The translations under genes and the position numbers were made by a program. DNA of 64,000 nt from Natronosporangium sp. GTDB taxonomy: Bacteria > Actinomycetota > Actinomycetes > Mycobacteriales > Micromonosporaceae. Under the pieces are notes generated by a model. It was given only the letters and a program-made list of their open reading frames with translations. It did no database searches and was not told the origin of the DNA. The DNA is taken from the NCBI GenBank assembly GCA_035304685.1, contig DATGPS010000035.1:27904-91903 (forward strand). Direction: 5' to 3'. Of this stretch, positions 21,164-32,629 are shown piece after piece (within the stretch, counting starts at the first letter, position 1; each line of letters opens with the position of its first letter).

Positions 21164-22597
21164 ATGGGCTGGACACTCGCCCGGCGGTACCGGCTGAATG
21201 AACCGGTAGCCGATGGCCCGACCGGGCGGCTGTGGCGCGGGGTCGACCTGGGCACCGGGCAACCGGTGGCGGTCAAGGTCCTGCACTCCCGGCTCGCCGC
21301 CGACCCGCGGGTCGCCGACGAGTTGCGGGTCGCCCGTGGCACCCTCTCCGCCCTGTGGCACCCGGGGATCGCCCGGTTGCTCGATGTCGTGGTCGACGCG
21401 GGCGAGGTCGGTCTCATCAGCGAACTGATCCCCGGCCCCGACCTGGCCCGGCTGCTGGCCGACACCGGCCCGCTGCCGCCGGCCCGGGCCGCGCGCCTCG
21501 CCGCCGGGATCGCCGACGCGCTGGCCGCGGTGCACCGCGCCGGGGTGGTGCACGGCGACCTCAAACCCACGAACGTGATCGTGACCGCCCCGGGTCCCCG
21601 GCCGGCGCCGGGCGCGGCGGCCGGCCAGGCCGACCCGCCGGTGCGGCTCACCGACGTCGCGATCAGCACCGTGCTGGGCACGGGCGCCGGTTCGCCGCCC
21701 TCGCCCTACAGCGCCCCGTGGGCGATCGACGGCGCGCTCCCGACCGCGTCCAGCGACGTGCACGCGCTCGGGGTGCTACTGCGGGAGATGCTCACCGGCG
21801 ACCCCGGCCGGGAGCCGGTCGGGGTGGATCCGCGGCTGCTACAGGTGATCCACGCCTGCGTGCACGGTGAGCGCAGCGCCCGGCCGGCGGCGAGCACGGT
21901 CGCCGGCTGGTTGTGGCAGCTCGCGGCGGAGCTGGCGCCGGCCCCGGCCGTCGCCGGCCCGCAGCCGGAGCGGCCCGCGAGCCAGGCCCGGGCCGGCGCG
22001 CCGGCGCGTACGCCGGCCCGGCAGCTGCGGTGGTGGCTGGCGGGCGGGGTGGCGGTCGCGCTGGCGGCGGTGATCGCGGTGGTGATCGTGATGCGGAACC
22101 CCGCGGCGCCACCGCCACTCGCCGAGCCCACCCCCACTCCGGACGCCACCGTCGCGCCGGTGGCCGCGCCGGAGGCGCCGCCCGAGGCCGGCGAGCACAC
22201 CGAAGCCGGCGGCCTCGCGTTCCTCCAGTACTGGTTCAGCACCCTCAGCTACGCCGCGCAGACCGGTGACCTCGCCCCGGTCTCCGCGGCCACCAGCCCG
22301 GAGTGCGGGGACTGCCAGGCGGCGATGACCCGGATCGAGGCCGCCCACGCCGCCGGTGGCGGCTTTCGCGGGGGGGCGTACGTCGTGCGCGGAGTGACCG
22401 CGGCGAGCCTCTGGTCGGCGGACCAGCCGGTTTACGACGCCACCATCGACCGCACCCACCGGGTCGAGCTGGACGCCGCGGGCGCCACCGTGGACACCCT
22501 GCCGGCGCTGACCTTCACCACCTGCACGGTGGTCCTGGAGTGGTCGGACGGGCAGTGGCTGGTCCGCGAGATCATCTCCCCCGGCTGCGTGGGCTGA
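21164..22597 (+). CDS. Ser/Thr kinase-like membrane protein (degenerate) with extracellular Cys-containing domain
   Basis: RYRL, VAVKVL, HGDLKPTN, SDVHALG; TM helix (WWLAGGVAVALAAVIAVVIVM); C-terminal AFLQYWF..LSYA..TGD...CxxC domain, recalled as DUF6318-like. Confidence 0.8.
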   Translation: MGWTLARRYRLNEPVADGPTGRLWRGVDLGTGQPVAVKVLHSRLAADPRVADELRVARGTLSALWHPGIARLLDVVVDAGEVGLISELIPGPDLARLLADTGPLPPARAARLAAGIADALAAVHRAGVVHGDLKPTNVIVTAPGPRPAPGAAAGQADPPVRLTDVAISTVLGTGAGSPPSPYSAPWAIDGALPTASSDVHALGVLLREMLTGDPGREPVGVDPRLLQVIHACVHGERSARPAASTVAGWLWQLAAELAPAPAVAGPQPERPASQARAGAPARTPARQLRWWLAGGVAVALAAVIAVVIVMRNPAAPPPLAEPTPTPDATVAPVAAPEAPPEAGEHTEAGGLAFLQYWFSTLSYAAQTGDLAPVSAATSPECGDCQAAMTRIEAAHAAGGGFRGGAYVVRGVTAASLWSADQPVYDATIDRTHRVELDAAGATVDTLPALTFTTCTVVLEWSDGQWLVREIISPGCVG

Positions 22598-22669
22598 GGC
22601 CCGCGCCACGTGGGTCTGGCGGGTAGCGAACCACCGCCGGCTCCGCCGCGCCCACGTACCGGCGCCCGG

Positions 22670-25979
<3,310 letters not shown>

Positions 25980-25987
<8 letters not shown>

Positions 25988-27098
25988 GCGGCCTCACCCC
26001 CTCTACCATCGCCACGAACCGGTCGAACAGGTGGTCGGCGTCGTGTGGACCGGCCGCGCCCTCCGGGTGGTACTGGACCGTGAACGCGGGTACGTCCCGG
26101 CAGCGCAGCCCCTCCACCACCTGGTCGTTGAGGCAGACGTGGGAGACCTCCACCTCGCCGAAGTCGGTGGTCACCACCTGGTCCAGCGGCGCGTCCACCG
26201 CGAAGCCGTGGTTGTGGGCGGTGACCTCCACCCGGCCGGTGACCCGGTCGAGCACCGGCTGGTTGATGCCCCGGTGGCCGTAGCCCAGCTTGTACGTGTC
26301 GAAGCCGAGCGCCCGGCCCAAAATCTGGCTGCCGAAGCAGATGCCGAACAGCGGCGTGCCGCGCCGCATCACCTGCCGGGCCAGCTCCACCGCGTGGTCC
26401 GCGGTGGCGGGGTCGCCCGGACCGGGAGAGAAGAACACCGCGTCCGGCGAGACCGCGAGCAGGTCGTCCAGGCTGGAGCCGGCGGGCAGCACGTGGGTGG
26501 TCACCCCGCGGGTGGCCAGCCGCCGGGTCACGTTGCGCTTGATGCCCAGGTCCAGGGCGGCCACCGTGTACCGGTGCTCGCCCTCGGCCGCCACCGTGTA
26601 CGGCTCCGGCGTGCTCACCTCAACCGACAGATCCGCCCCCAGCATGGGCGGGCTGGCCAGCACCCGCTGCCGCAGCGCCGCCGGATCAGTCTCCACGCTG
26701 GAGATCCCGGCCCGCATCACGCCCCGCTCCCGCAGGTGCCGGGTGAGCGCCCGGGTGTCCACCCCGGCGATCCCGACCACGCCCTCGGCGGCGAGCCGTT
26801 CGGCCAGTTCGCCGCTGGCGCGCCAGTTGGCGGCGGTACGCGACGGGTCGCGTACCACGTAGCCGGCGACGTGGATCTTCGCCGACTCGTCGTCCTCGGG
26901 GTTCACACCGGTGTTGCCGATGTGCGGCGCGGTCTGCACCACCACGTGCCGGTGGTAGGACGGATCGGTCAGGGTCTCCTGGTAGCCGGTCATCCCGGTG
27001 GCGAACACCGCCTCGCCGAACGTCTCCCCCACCGCGCCGAACGCCTCGCCGCGGAAGGTCCGTCCGTCCTCCAGCACCAGGATCGCTTCCCGGCTCAC
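25980..27098 (-). CDS. carA: Carbamoyl-phosphate synthase small subunit
   Basis: [20 protein letters not shown] and QYHPE motifs. Confidence 0.97.
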
Positions 27099-28471
27099 CG
27101 CAGGGCCTTCCCGTCCAGCACGGTCGGCTCACCCCGCAGGAACGTCGCTACCACCCGGCCGGGCAGCGTCATCCCCGCGTACGGGGTGTTGCGGCTGCGG
27201 CTGGCCAGTTCGCTCGGCGCCACCGTCCACTGCGCAGCCGGGTCGACCAGGGTGAGGTTGGCCGGCGCCCCCGGGGCCGGGTCGTGGCCGTGCTCGGCCA
27301 GCCCGGCGATCCGGGCCGGGGCCCGGCTCATCCGCTCGGCCAGCAGCTGCCAGGTCTCTCGCGGGTAGCCGCCGGGACCGGAGCCGTCCGCTTCCGCGAC
27401 CTCCCCGCCGGCCTCTGCCCCGGGTCCGCCGAGGACCGCCAACGCCACCGACAGCGCGGTCTCCAGGCCGAGCATGCCCGGCCGCGCGTACGCCCACTCG
27501 CACTCCTTGTGCTCGACCGTATGGGGCGCGTGGTCGGTGGCGATCGCGTCGATGGTGCCGTCGGCGACCGCGGCGCGCAGCGCGGCGGTGTCGGCGGCGG
27601 TCCGCAGAGGCGGGTTGACTTTGAACACCGGGTCGTAGCCGATCACCCGTTCCTCGGTGAGCAACAGGTGGTGTGGGGTGACCTCGGCGGTGACCCGGAT
27701 GCCCCGGGCCTTGGCGGCGCGCAGGATCTCCACACTGCCGGCCGTGGAGACGTGGCAGATGTGCACCCGGGAGTCCACGTGCGCGGCGAGCAGCACGTCC
27801 CGCGCGATGATCGCCTCCTCCGCCACCGCCGGCCAGCCGGTGAGGCCCAGCCGGGTGGCGAGCTCACCCTCGTGCATCTGGGCGCCCTCGGTCAGCCGGG
27901 GCTCCTCGGCGTGCTGGGCGATCACCCCGTCAAAGGCCTTCACGTACTCCAGGGCCCGGCGCATCAGGCGGGCGTCGGCGACGCAGTGGCCGTCGTCGGA
28001 GAAGATCCGCACCCGGGCCGCGGAGTCGGCCATCGCCGCCAGCTCGGCCAGCCGCTGCCCGGCCAACCCCGCGGTGACCGCCCCGATCGGCTGCACGTCC
28101 ACCAGTCCGGCCTGCTGGCCGAGCCGGAACACCTGCTCCACCACGCCGGCGGTGTCGGCCACCGGTTCGGTGTTCGCCATCGCGCAGACCGCGGTGTAAC
28201 CGCCCAGGGCCGCCGCCCGGGAGCCGGTCTCCACCGTCTCGGCATCCTCCCGTCCCGGCTGGCGCAGGTGGGTGTGCAGGTCCACCAGGCCGGGTAGGGC
28301 CACCAGCCCGTCCGCGTCCACCACCTGGGCCCCGGCCGCGGACAAGCCGCGACCGACCTCGGCCACCACGCCGTCGCGTACCAGCAGGTCGGCCGGGTCA
28401 CCGCCGACCACTCGGGCACCCCGGATCAGGTACCGTGCCCCGCTCACCGTGCCCCCCGGTCCGTCGCTCAT
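27095..28471 (-). CDS. pyrC: Dihydroorotase
   Basis: DLHTHLR, MANTEP, KVNPPLR and ATDHAPH motifs. Alternative start GTG 28486. Confidence 0.95.
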   Translation of the reverse strand: MSDGPGGTVSGARYLIRGARVVGGDPADLLVRDGVVAEVGRGLSAAGAQVVDADGLVALPGLVDLHTHLRQPGREDAETVETGSRAAALGGYTAVCAMANTEPVADTAGVVEQVFRLGQQAGLVDVQPIGAVTAGLAGQRLAELAAMADSAARVRIFSDDGHCVADARLMRRALEYVKAFDGVIAQHAEEPRLTEGAQMHEGELATRLGLTGWPAVAEEAIIARDVLLAAHVDSRVHICHVSTAGSVEILRAAKARGIRVTAEVTPHHLLLTEERVIGYDPVFKVNPPLRTAADTAALRAAVADGTIDAIATDHAPHTVEHKECEWAYARPGMLGLETALSVALAVLGGPGAEAGGEVAEADGSGPGGYPRETWQLLAERMSRAPARIAGLAEHGHDPAPGAPANLTLVDPAAQWTVAPSELASRSRNTPYAGMTLPGRVVATFLRGEPTVLDGKALR

Positions 28472-28482
28472 CCGCTGTCCCC

Positions 28483-29397
28483 TCACTGCTTGCCCCCGAG
28501 CAGGAGGTAGAGCACGGCCATCCGGACCGCGACCCCGTTCGCCACCTGCTCCACGATGGTAGACCTGACCGCGTCGGCGACCTCCGACGCGATCTCCATG
28601 CCCCGGATGATGGGACCGGGCGCCATCACGATCGCGTGGTCAGCCAACCGCGCCGCCCGCTGGCAGTCCAGCCCGTAGGCCCGGGCGTACTCCCGCTCGG
28701 TGGGGAAGTACGAGTCGGCCATCCGTTCCCGCTGCACCCGCAGCATCATCACGACGTCCACCTCCGGCAGCACCGCGTCCAGGTCGTAGGAGACCTCGGC
28801 GGGCCAGGCGCCGACGCCGACCGGCATCAGCGTGGGCGGCCCCACCAGGGTCACCTGGGCGCCGAGCGCGTGCAGCAGCACGGCGTTGGAGTGCGCCACC
28901 CGGCTGTGCAGGATGTCACCGACGATCGCCACCTTCACCCCGGCCAGCCGGCCCAGCCGGGCCCGGATGGTGTACGCGTCCAGCAGCGCCTGGGTCGGGT
29001 GCTCGTTGATGCCGTCGCCGGCGTTCACCACCGACCCCTCCAGCCAGCGGGCGAGCCGGTGCGGGGCTCCGGACGCCGAGTGCCGGACCACCACCGCGTC
29101 GGCGCCCATCGCCTGCAGGGTGAGTGCGGTGTCCTTGAGGCTCTCCCCCTTGGCGACGCTGGAACCCCGGGTGGTGAAGTTGATCACGTCGGCGGAGAGC
29201 CGCTTCGCCGCGACCTCGAACGAGAACCGGGTGCGGGTGGAGTCCTCGTAGAAGAGGTTGATCACGGTCCGCCCTCGCAGGGTGGGCAGCTTCTTCACCT
29301 CGCGCCCGGTGACGTTGGCCAGCTCGGCGGCGGTGTCCAGGATGGTGGTGGCGGTGGCCGGGTCCAGGTCCGAGGCGGAGAGCAGGTGGGTGATCAT
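28483..29397 (-). CDS. pyrB: Aspartate carbamoyltransferase catalytic subunit
   Basis: [22 protein letters not shown] and RVQRER motifs; position in the pyr operon. Confidence 0.94.
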   Translation of the reverse strand: MITHLLSASDLDPATATTILDTAAELANVTGREVKKLPTLRGRTVINLFYEDSTRTRFSFEVAAKRLSADVINFTTRGSSVAKGESLKDTALTLQAMGADAVVVRHSASGAPHRLARWLEGSVVNAGDGINEHPTQALLDAYTIRARLGRLAGVKVAIVGDILHSRVAHSNAVLLHALGAQVTLVGPPTLMPVGVGAWPAEVSYDLDAVLPEVDVVMMLRVQRERMADSYFPTEREYARAYGLDCQRAARLADHAIVMAPGPIIRGMEIASEVADAVRSTIVEQVANGVAVRMAVLYLLLGGKQ

Positions 29398-30017
29398 GAC
29401 TCCTCCGGCTCCTTCCGCATGAGCATGACGGCGTCGGTGCCGTCGGTCTCCGCGAGCAGCACCCGCACCTGTTCAGACAAGGCCGTGGGCAAGTTCTTGC
29501 CGACGTAGTCGGCGCGCACCGGCAGTTCCCGGTGGCCCCGGTCCACCAGCACGGCGAGTTGGACCACGGACGGGCGACCGAGGTCGCGCAGGGCGTCCAG
29601 GGCGGCGCGGACCGTGCGCCCCCGGAACAGCACGTCGTCCACGAGGATCACCCGCAGCCCGTCTACCCCACCCCGGGGCAGCTGGGTCGGTCCGAGCGGG
29701 CGCGGCGCCTGTGAGCGCAGGTCGTCCCGGTAGAGGGTGACGTCGAGGGTGCCGGTGGGGACCTCGACGCCCTCGAAGGCCCGGATCCGCTGGGCGATCC
29801 GGTGCGCCAGCGGGGCGCCGCGGGTGGGGATGCCCAGCAGCACGGTATCGCCCGCGCCGTGGGTCTTCTCCAGGATCTGATGGGCGATCCGGTCGATCAC
29901 CCGGTGCATCTCGGCAGCCGAGAGAATGATCTTGCCGGGTGGGTGGGCAGCCGCGGATGCCGGCCCGTGGGCGGCCGGCGCCGGCGGCGCCATCCCAGGC
30001 TGGCCTGGGTGGGCCAC
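29394..30017 (-). CDS. pyrR: Pyrimidine operon regulator / UPRTase
   Basis: [26 protein letters not shown] and DRGHRELP motifs; GTG start with AAGGAGG RBS. Confidence 0.95.
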   Translation of the reverse strand: MAHPGQPGMAPPAPAAHGPASAAAHPPGKIILSAAEMHRVIDRIAHQILEKTHGAGDTVLLGIPTRGAPLAHRIAQRIRAFEGVEVPTGTLDVTLYRDDLRSQAPRPLGPTQLPRGGVDGLRVILVDDVLFRGRTVRAALDALRDLGRPSVVQLAVLVDRGHRELPVRADYVGKNLPTALSEQVRVLLAETDGTDAVMLMRKEPEES

Positions 30018-30021
30018 AGGG

Positions 30022-30062
30022 GACCTCCTTCCCCGCCTCACCGGACGGGTCGTTAAAGGATG
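30022..30062 (-). promoter_or_regulatory. PyrR-binding RNA loop overlapping the pyrR Shine-Dalgarno sequence
   Basis: Minus strand CCTTTAACGACCCGTCCGGTGAGGCGGGGAAGGAGG matches the CUUUAA / GUCCnGnGAGGC PyrR site; CCTT can pair with the AAGG of the SD. Confidence 0.85.
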
Positions 30063-30133
30063 TCTGGCGGCTAGAGCCTACCAGCCGGACACCGGTTGGC
30101 CACGATTACTGAACGCACATGGATGGCGTGTAA

Positions 30134-30184
30134 AGTCACACTTGACCAATGGTGTGACTCCGGCGTAGCGTCACTCTGCGTAGC
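30134..30184 (+). promoter_or_regulatory. bldD promoter with candidate BldD autoregulatory sites
   Basis: TTGACC (30142)-N18-TAGCGT (30166); inverted repeat AGTCACAC-N10-GTGTGACT flanks the -35; GTCACTCTGCGTAGC (30170-30184) is one mismatch from nTnACnCWGnGTnAn. Confidence 0.7.
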
Positions 30185-30230
30185 CAAAACCCGGGGCAAT
30201 CCCCTCGGTCAGTCACTGGGAGTGTCGGTT

Positions 30231-30719
30231 ATGCCTTCTGAGTTCGCCAAGCAGTTGGGCGCCCGCCTGCGCGCCATCCGCCAGCAGCAGGGGCTGTCCC
30301 TGCAGGGCGTGGAGGAGAAGTCCGAGGGTCGCTGGAAGGCGGTCGTCGTCGGCTCCTACGAGCGGGGCGACCGCGCCGTGACCGTCAACCGGCTGGCCGA
30401 GATCGCAGAGTTCTACCGGGTGCCGATCTCGGAGCTACTGCCGGAGGGCACGCCGATCCAGTTCGAGTTCGCCGGCAAGATCGTCCTCGACCTGGAGAAG
30501 CTGTACGACTACGACAAGGATGACTTCACCCACGTCGCCCGCTACGCCCGTGCGATCCAGCACCAGCGGGGTGACTACAACGGCCGGGTGCTGTCGATCC
30601 GCGCCTCCGACCTGCAGTCGCTCGCGATCGTCTATGACGAGGCCCCGGCTGACCTGATCGACCGGCTCACCGACGCCGGCATGCTCGTCGACGACCCGCG
30701 CGCACTCTTCGAGTCCTGA
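30231..30719 (+). CDS. bldD: Developmental master regulator BldD
   Basis: LRAIRQQQGLSL..VEEKS.GRWKAVVVGSYERGDRAVTV HTH; c-di-GMP motif RGD-x8-RASD; divergent from pyrR. Confidence 0.95.
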   Translation: MPSEFAKQLGARLRAIRQQQGLSLQGVEEKSEGRWKAVVVGSYERGDRAVTVNRLAEIAEFYRVPISELLPEGTPIQFEFAGKIVLDLEKLYDYDKDDFTHVARYARAIQHQRGDYNGRVLSIRASDLQSLAIVYDEAPADLIDRLTDAGMLVDDPRALFES

Positions 30720-30784
30720 CCACCGACCGGTACGTCTCCACCAACCCCGGCCGGTTCCGTCCGTGGGTTGGACCATGTCCGGGG

Positions 30785-30829
30785 CCGGCGGCGAAGAGCC
30801 GGCGCGTACGCCCGCCTCTTCGCCGCCGG
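30785..30829. terminator. GC-rich hairpin between convergent bldD and the SRPBCC gene
   Basis: CCGGCGGCGAAGAG (30785-30798) and CTCTTCGCCGCCGG (30816-30829) form a perfect 14-bp stem. Confidence 0.7.
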
Positions 30830-30852
30830 AGGTGAACCCCGGCCGCGACCGT

Positions 30853-31260
30853 TCACGCCGCTGCTCGACCGACCCGTCCGGCCAGCCGCGCGAGCCGCAG
30901 TTCCACGACGCCGCGGAAGGCACGTGTGAGTACTACTGCGAGCGGGCCCCGGTGAGAGAAACCGTGCGCAACCAGAGTGCCGCCGTCCTGCGGGGTGAGC
31001 CGCCACCACCCGTCCTCGGTGAATCCGGGCACGGCGATCCGCATCTCCACCCGCCAGGCCTCGATCCGGGTCCAGGTGATCTCTCCACGCAGCCCGCCCC
31101 GGACTACCACCGGGTAGTGCTCACCGAGCCGCGCCCGGTCCGGCCCGGCGAGCGAGCGGATGGCCGGATTCCACTCTGGCACGGCCGCCGCGTCCAGCAG
31201 GATCTGGCGCACCCGCGCTGGCGAGGCGGCGACAGTACGGTTACCGGTCTGTTCGTTCAT
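30853..31260 (-). CDS. SRPBCC/START-fold (polyketide cyclase/dehydrase-like) ligand-binding protein
   Basis: V.ASPARV..IL.D...PEWNP N-terminal pattern, beta-rich core and C-terminal helix; ATGA overlap with the SDR gene. Confidence 0.75.
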   Translation of the reverse strand: MNEQTGNRTVAASPARVRQILLDAAAVPEWNPAIRSLAGPDRARLGEHYPVVVRGGLRGEITWTRIEAWRVEMRIAVPGFTEDGWWRLTPQDGGTLVAHGFSHRGPLAVVLTRAFRGVVELRLARLAGRVGRAAA

Positions 31261-32003
31261 GGGTAGCGCGCTCCCCCATCGATGTGCACCGTCGTGGCGT
31301 TGACGAACGTGGCGGCGGGACCGGCGAGGAATGCGACGGTGGCTGCCACCTCGTCCACCTGGCCGACACCGCCGAGCGACCGGTCGGCCACCCGCCGGCG
31401 GATAGCCGGCGGCAACCCGACGCCGAGGCCGGCGTCGAGCAGCCCGGGTGAGACCACGACCGTCCGGATGTTGTACGACCCGTACTCCTGCGCCACGCTG
31501 TACGCCAAGCCTTGCAGTCCGGCCTTGGCGGCAGCGTAGTTGGCCTGTCCAGCATTACCCGTGCGCGCAACCACCGACGAGATGTAGACGATCCGGCCGC
31601 GACGCTGCCGGATCATGATCTTGACGGCGTGCTTGGTGCAGAGGAAGGCGCCTCGCAGGCCCACCCGCTGCACCTCGTCCCAGTCCTCCACCGGCATGTG
31701 CACGAGCAACCGGTCCCTGGTGACGGCCGCGTTGCAGACCAACGCGTCGAGCCCGCCGAGCTCCCGGGCGCGTTGGGCGAGCGCGACCGCACCGGATTCC
31801 TCCCCGATGTCGCCGCGCACCAGGTGCACGCGCCCAGCGGCCTCTTTCCGCAGCTGCTCCAGATCCTCCGACCAGGAGCGGTAGTTCGCCACCACCTGGG
31901 CTCCCTGCGCGAGCAGTTCGCGGACGATCTGCAGTCCGAGCCCGCGGCCGGCGCCGGTCACGGCGACGACGCGGTCGAGCAGCCCGGTCCCCGGTCCGGT
32001 CAT
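31257..32003 (-). CDS. Short-chain dehydrogenase/reductase, FabG-like
   Basis: TGAGRGLG, NYRS, NAAVTRD, ISSVV and GQANYAAAKAG (YxxxK); ATG at 32003 overlaps the upstream stop. Confidence 0.9.
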   Translation of the reverse strand: MTGPGTGLLDRVVAVTGAGRGLGLQIVRELLAQGAQVVANYRSWSEDLEQLRKEAAGRVHLVRGDIGEESGAVALAQRARELGGLDALVCNAAVTRDRLLVHMPVEDWDEVQRVGLRGAFLCTKHAVKIMIRQRRGRIVYISSVVARTGNAGQANYAAAKAGLQGLAYSVAQEYGSYNIRTVVVSPGLLDAGLGVGLPPAIRRRVADRSLGGVGQVDEVAATVAFLAGPAATFVNATTVHIDGGARYP

Positions 32004-32620
32004 GACGCCACCCCGATCACCGTCCGCGCCGGTGTGTCGTCCGGTCGGGCGCCGTGCCCGACCCGGGCTGATCGCACAGATCGGGCGTGGGAGTCGTCCC
32101 CGGCCGGCGGGCGCGGGCCGAAGCAGTAGTCCACCACCGCGCGGAGCAGGTGCTCCGCCAGTCCCCGGGGGCGAACCCGCCAGGCGAACCGCACCTGGCT
32201 CTCCGGCGCCTGGTCGACGACCAGATCCGGCTCCAGCGGAGCCGGTACCCGCCCGGCCCGCTGCGCGCTGGCGCGGAAGAACCGCAGTCCGCGTACGCGC
32301 AGATCGCCCGGCAGCCAGTCGAGCCACGGCACCCGCAGGCCGGGCAGGTCGCCGGCGGGCTCGTGAACCAGGCGCCGCATGGGACTTCCCGGCTGCGGGA
32401 GTTCCTCGGGCAGCAGGGGAATCCAAGGCTCATCCCGGTCGAGGACCACCAGCAGCGGCGAGCCCACGGCGATGTGGCGACCCACCTCCTGCCGTTCGGC
32501 CTCGTCCGGCCACAACGCCACGGGCGTGGCGCGGCCGGCGGTGAGCGGCTGCCAGGCCACCCGGTGCCGTCCCTCGAAGACGACCATGACGTCGCCGTAT
32601 CTACGAACCGGTGGAAACAT
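32000..32620 (-). CDS. Hypothetical protein of the ribB-MMPL operon
   Basis: Fills the gap between MMPL and SDR; ATGA coupling at its 3' end; Trp/Pro-rich globular-looking sequence; no recognised family. Confidence 0.7.
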   Translation of the reverse strand: MFPPVRRYGDVMVVFEGRHRVAWQPLTAGRATPVALWPDEAERQEVGRHIAVGSPLLVVLDRDEPWIPLLPEELPQPGSPMRRLVHEPAGDLPGLRVPWLDWLPGDLRVRGLRFFRASAQRAGRVPAPLEPDLVVDQAPESQVRFAWRVRPRGLAEHLLRAVVDYCFGPRPPAGDDSHARSVRSARVGHGARPDDTPARTVIGVAS

Positions 32621-32629
32621 CAGCCCTCC

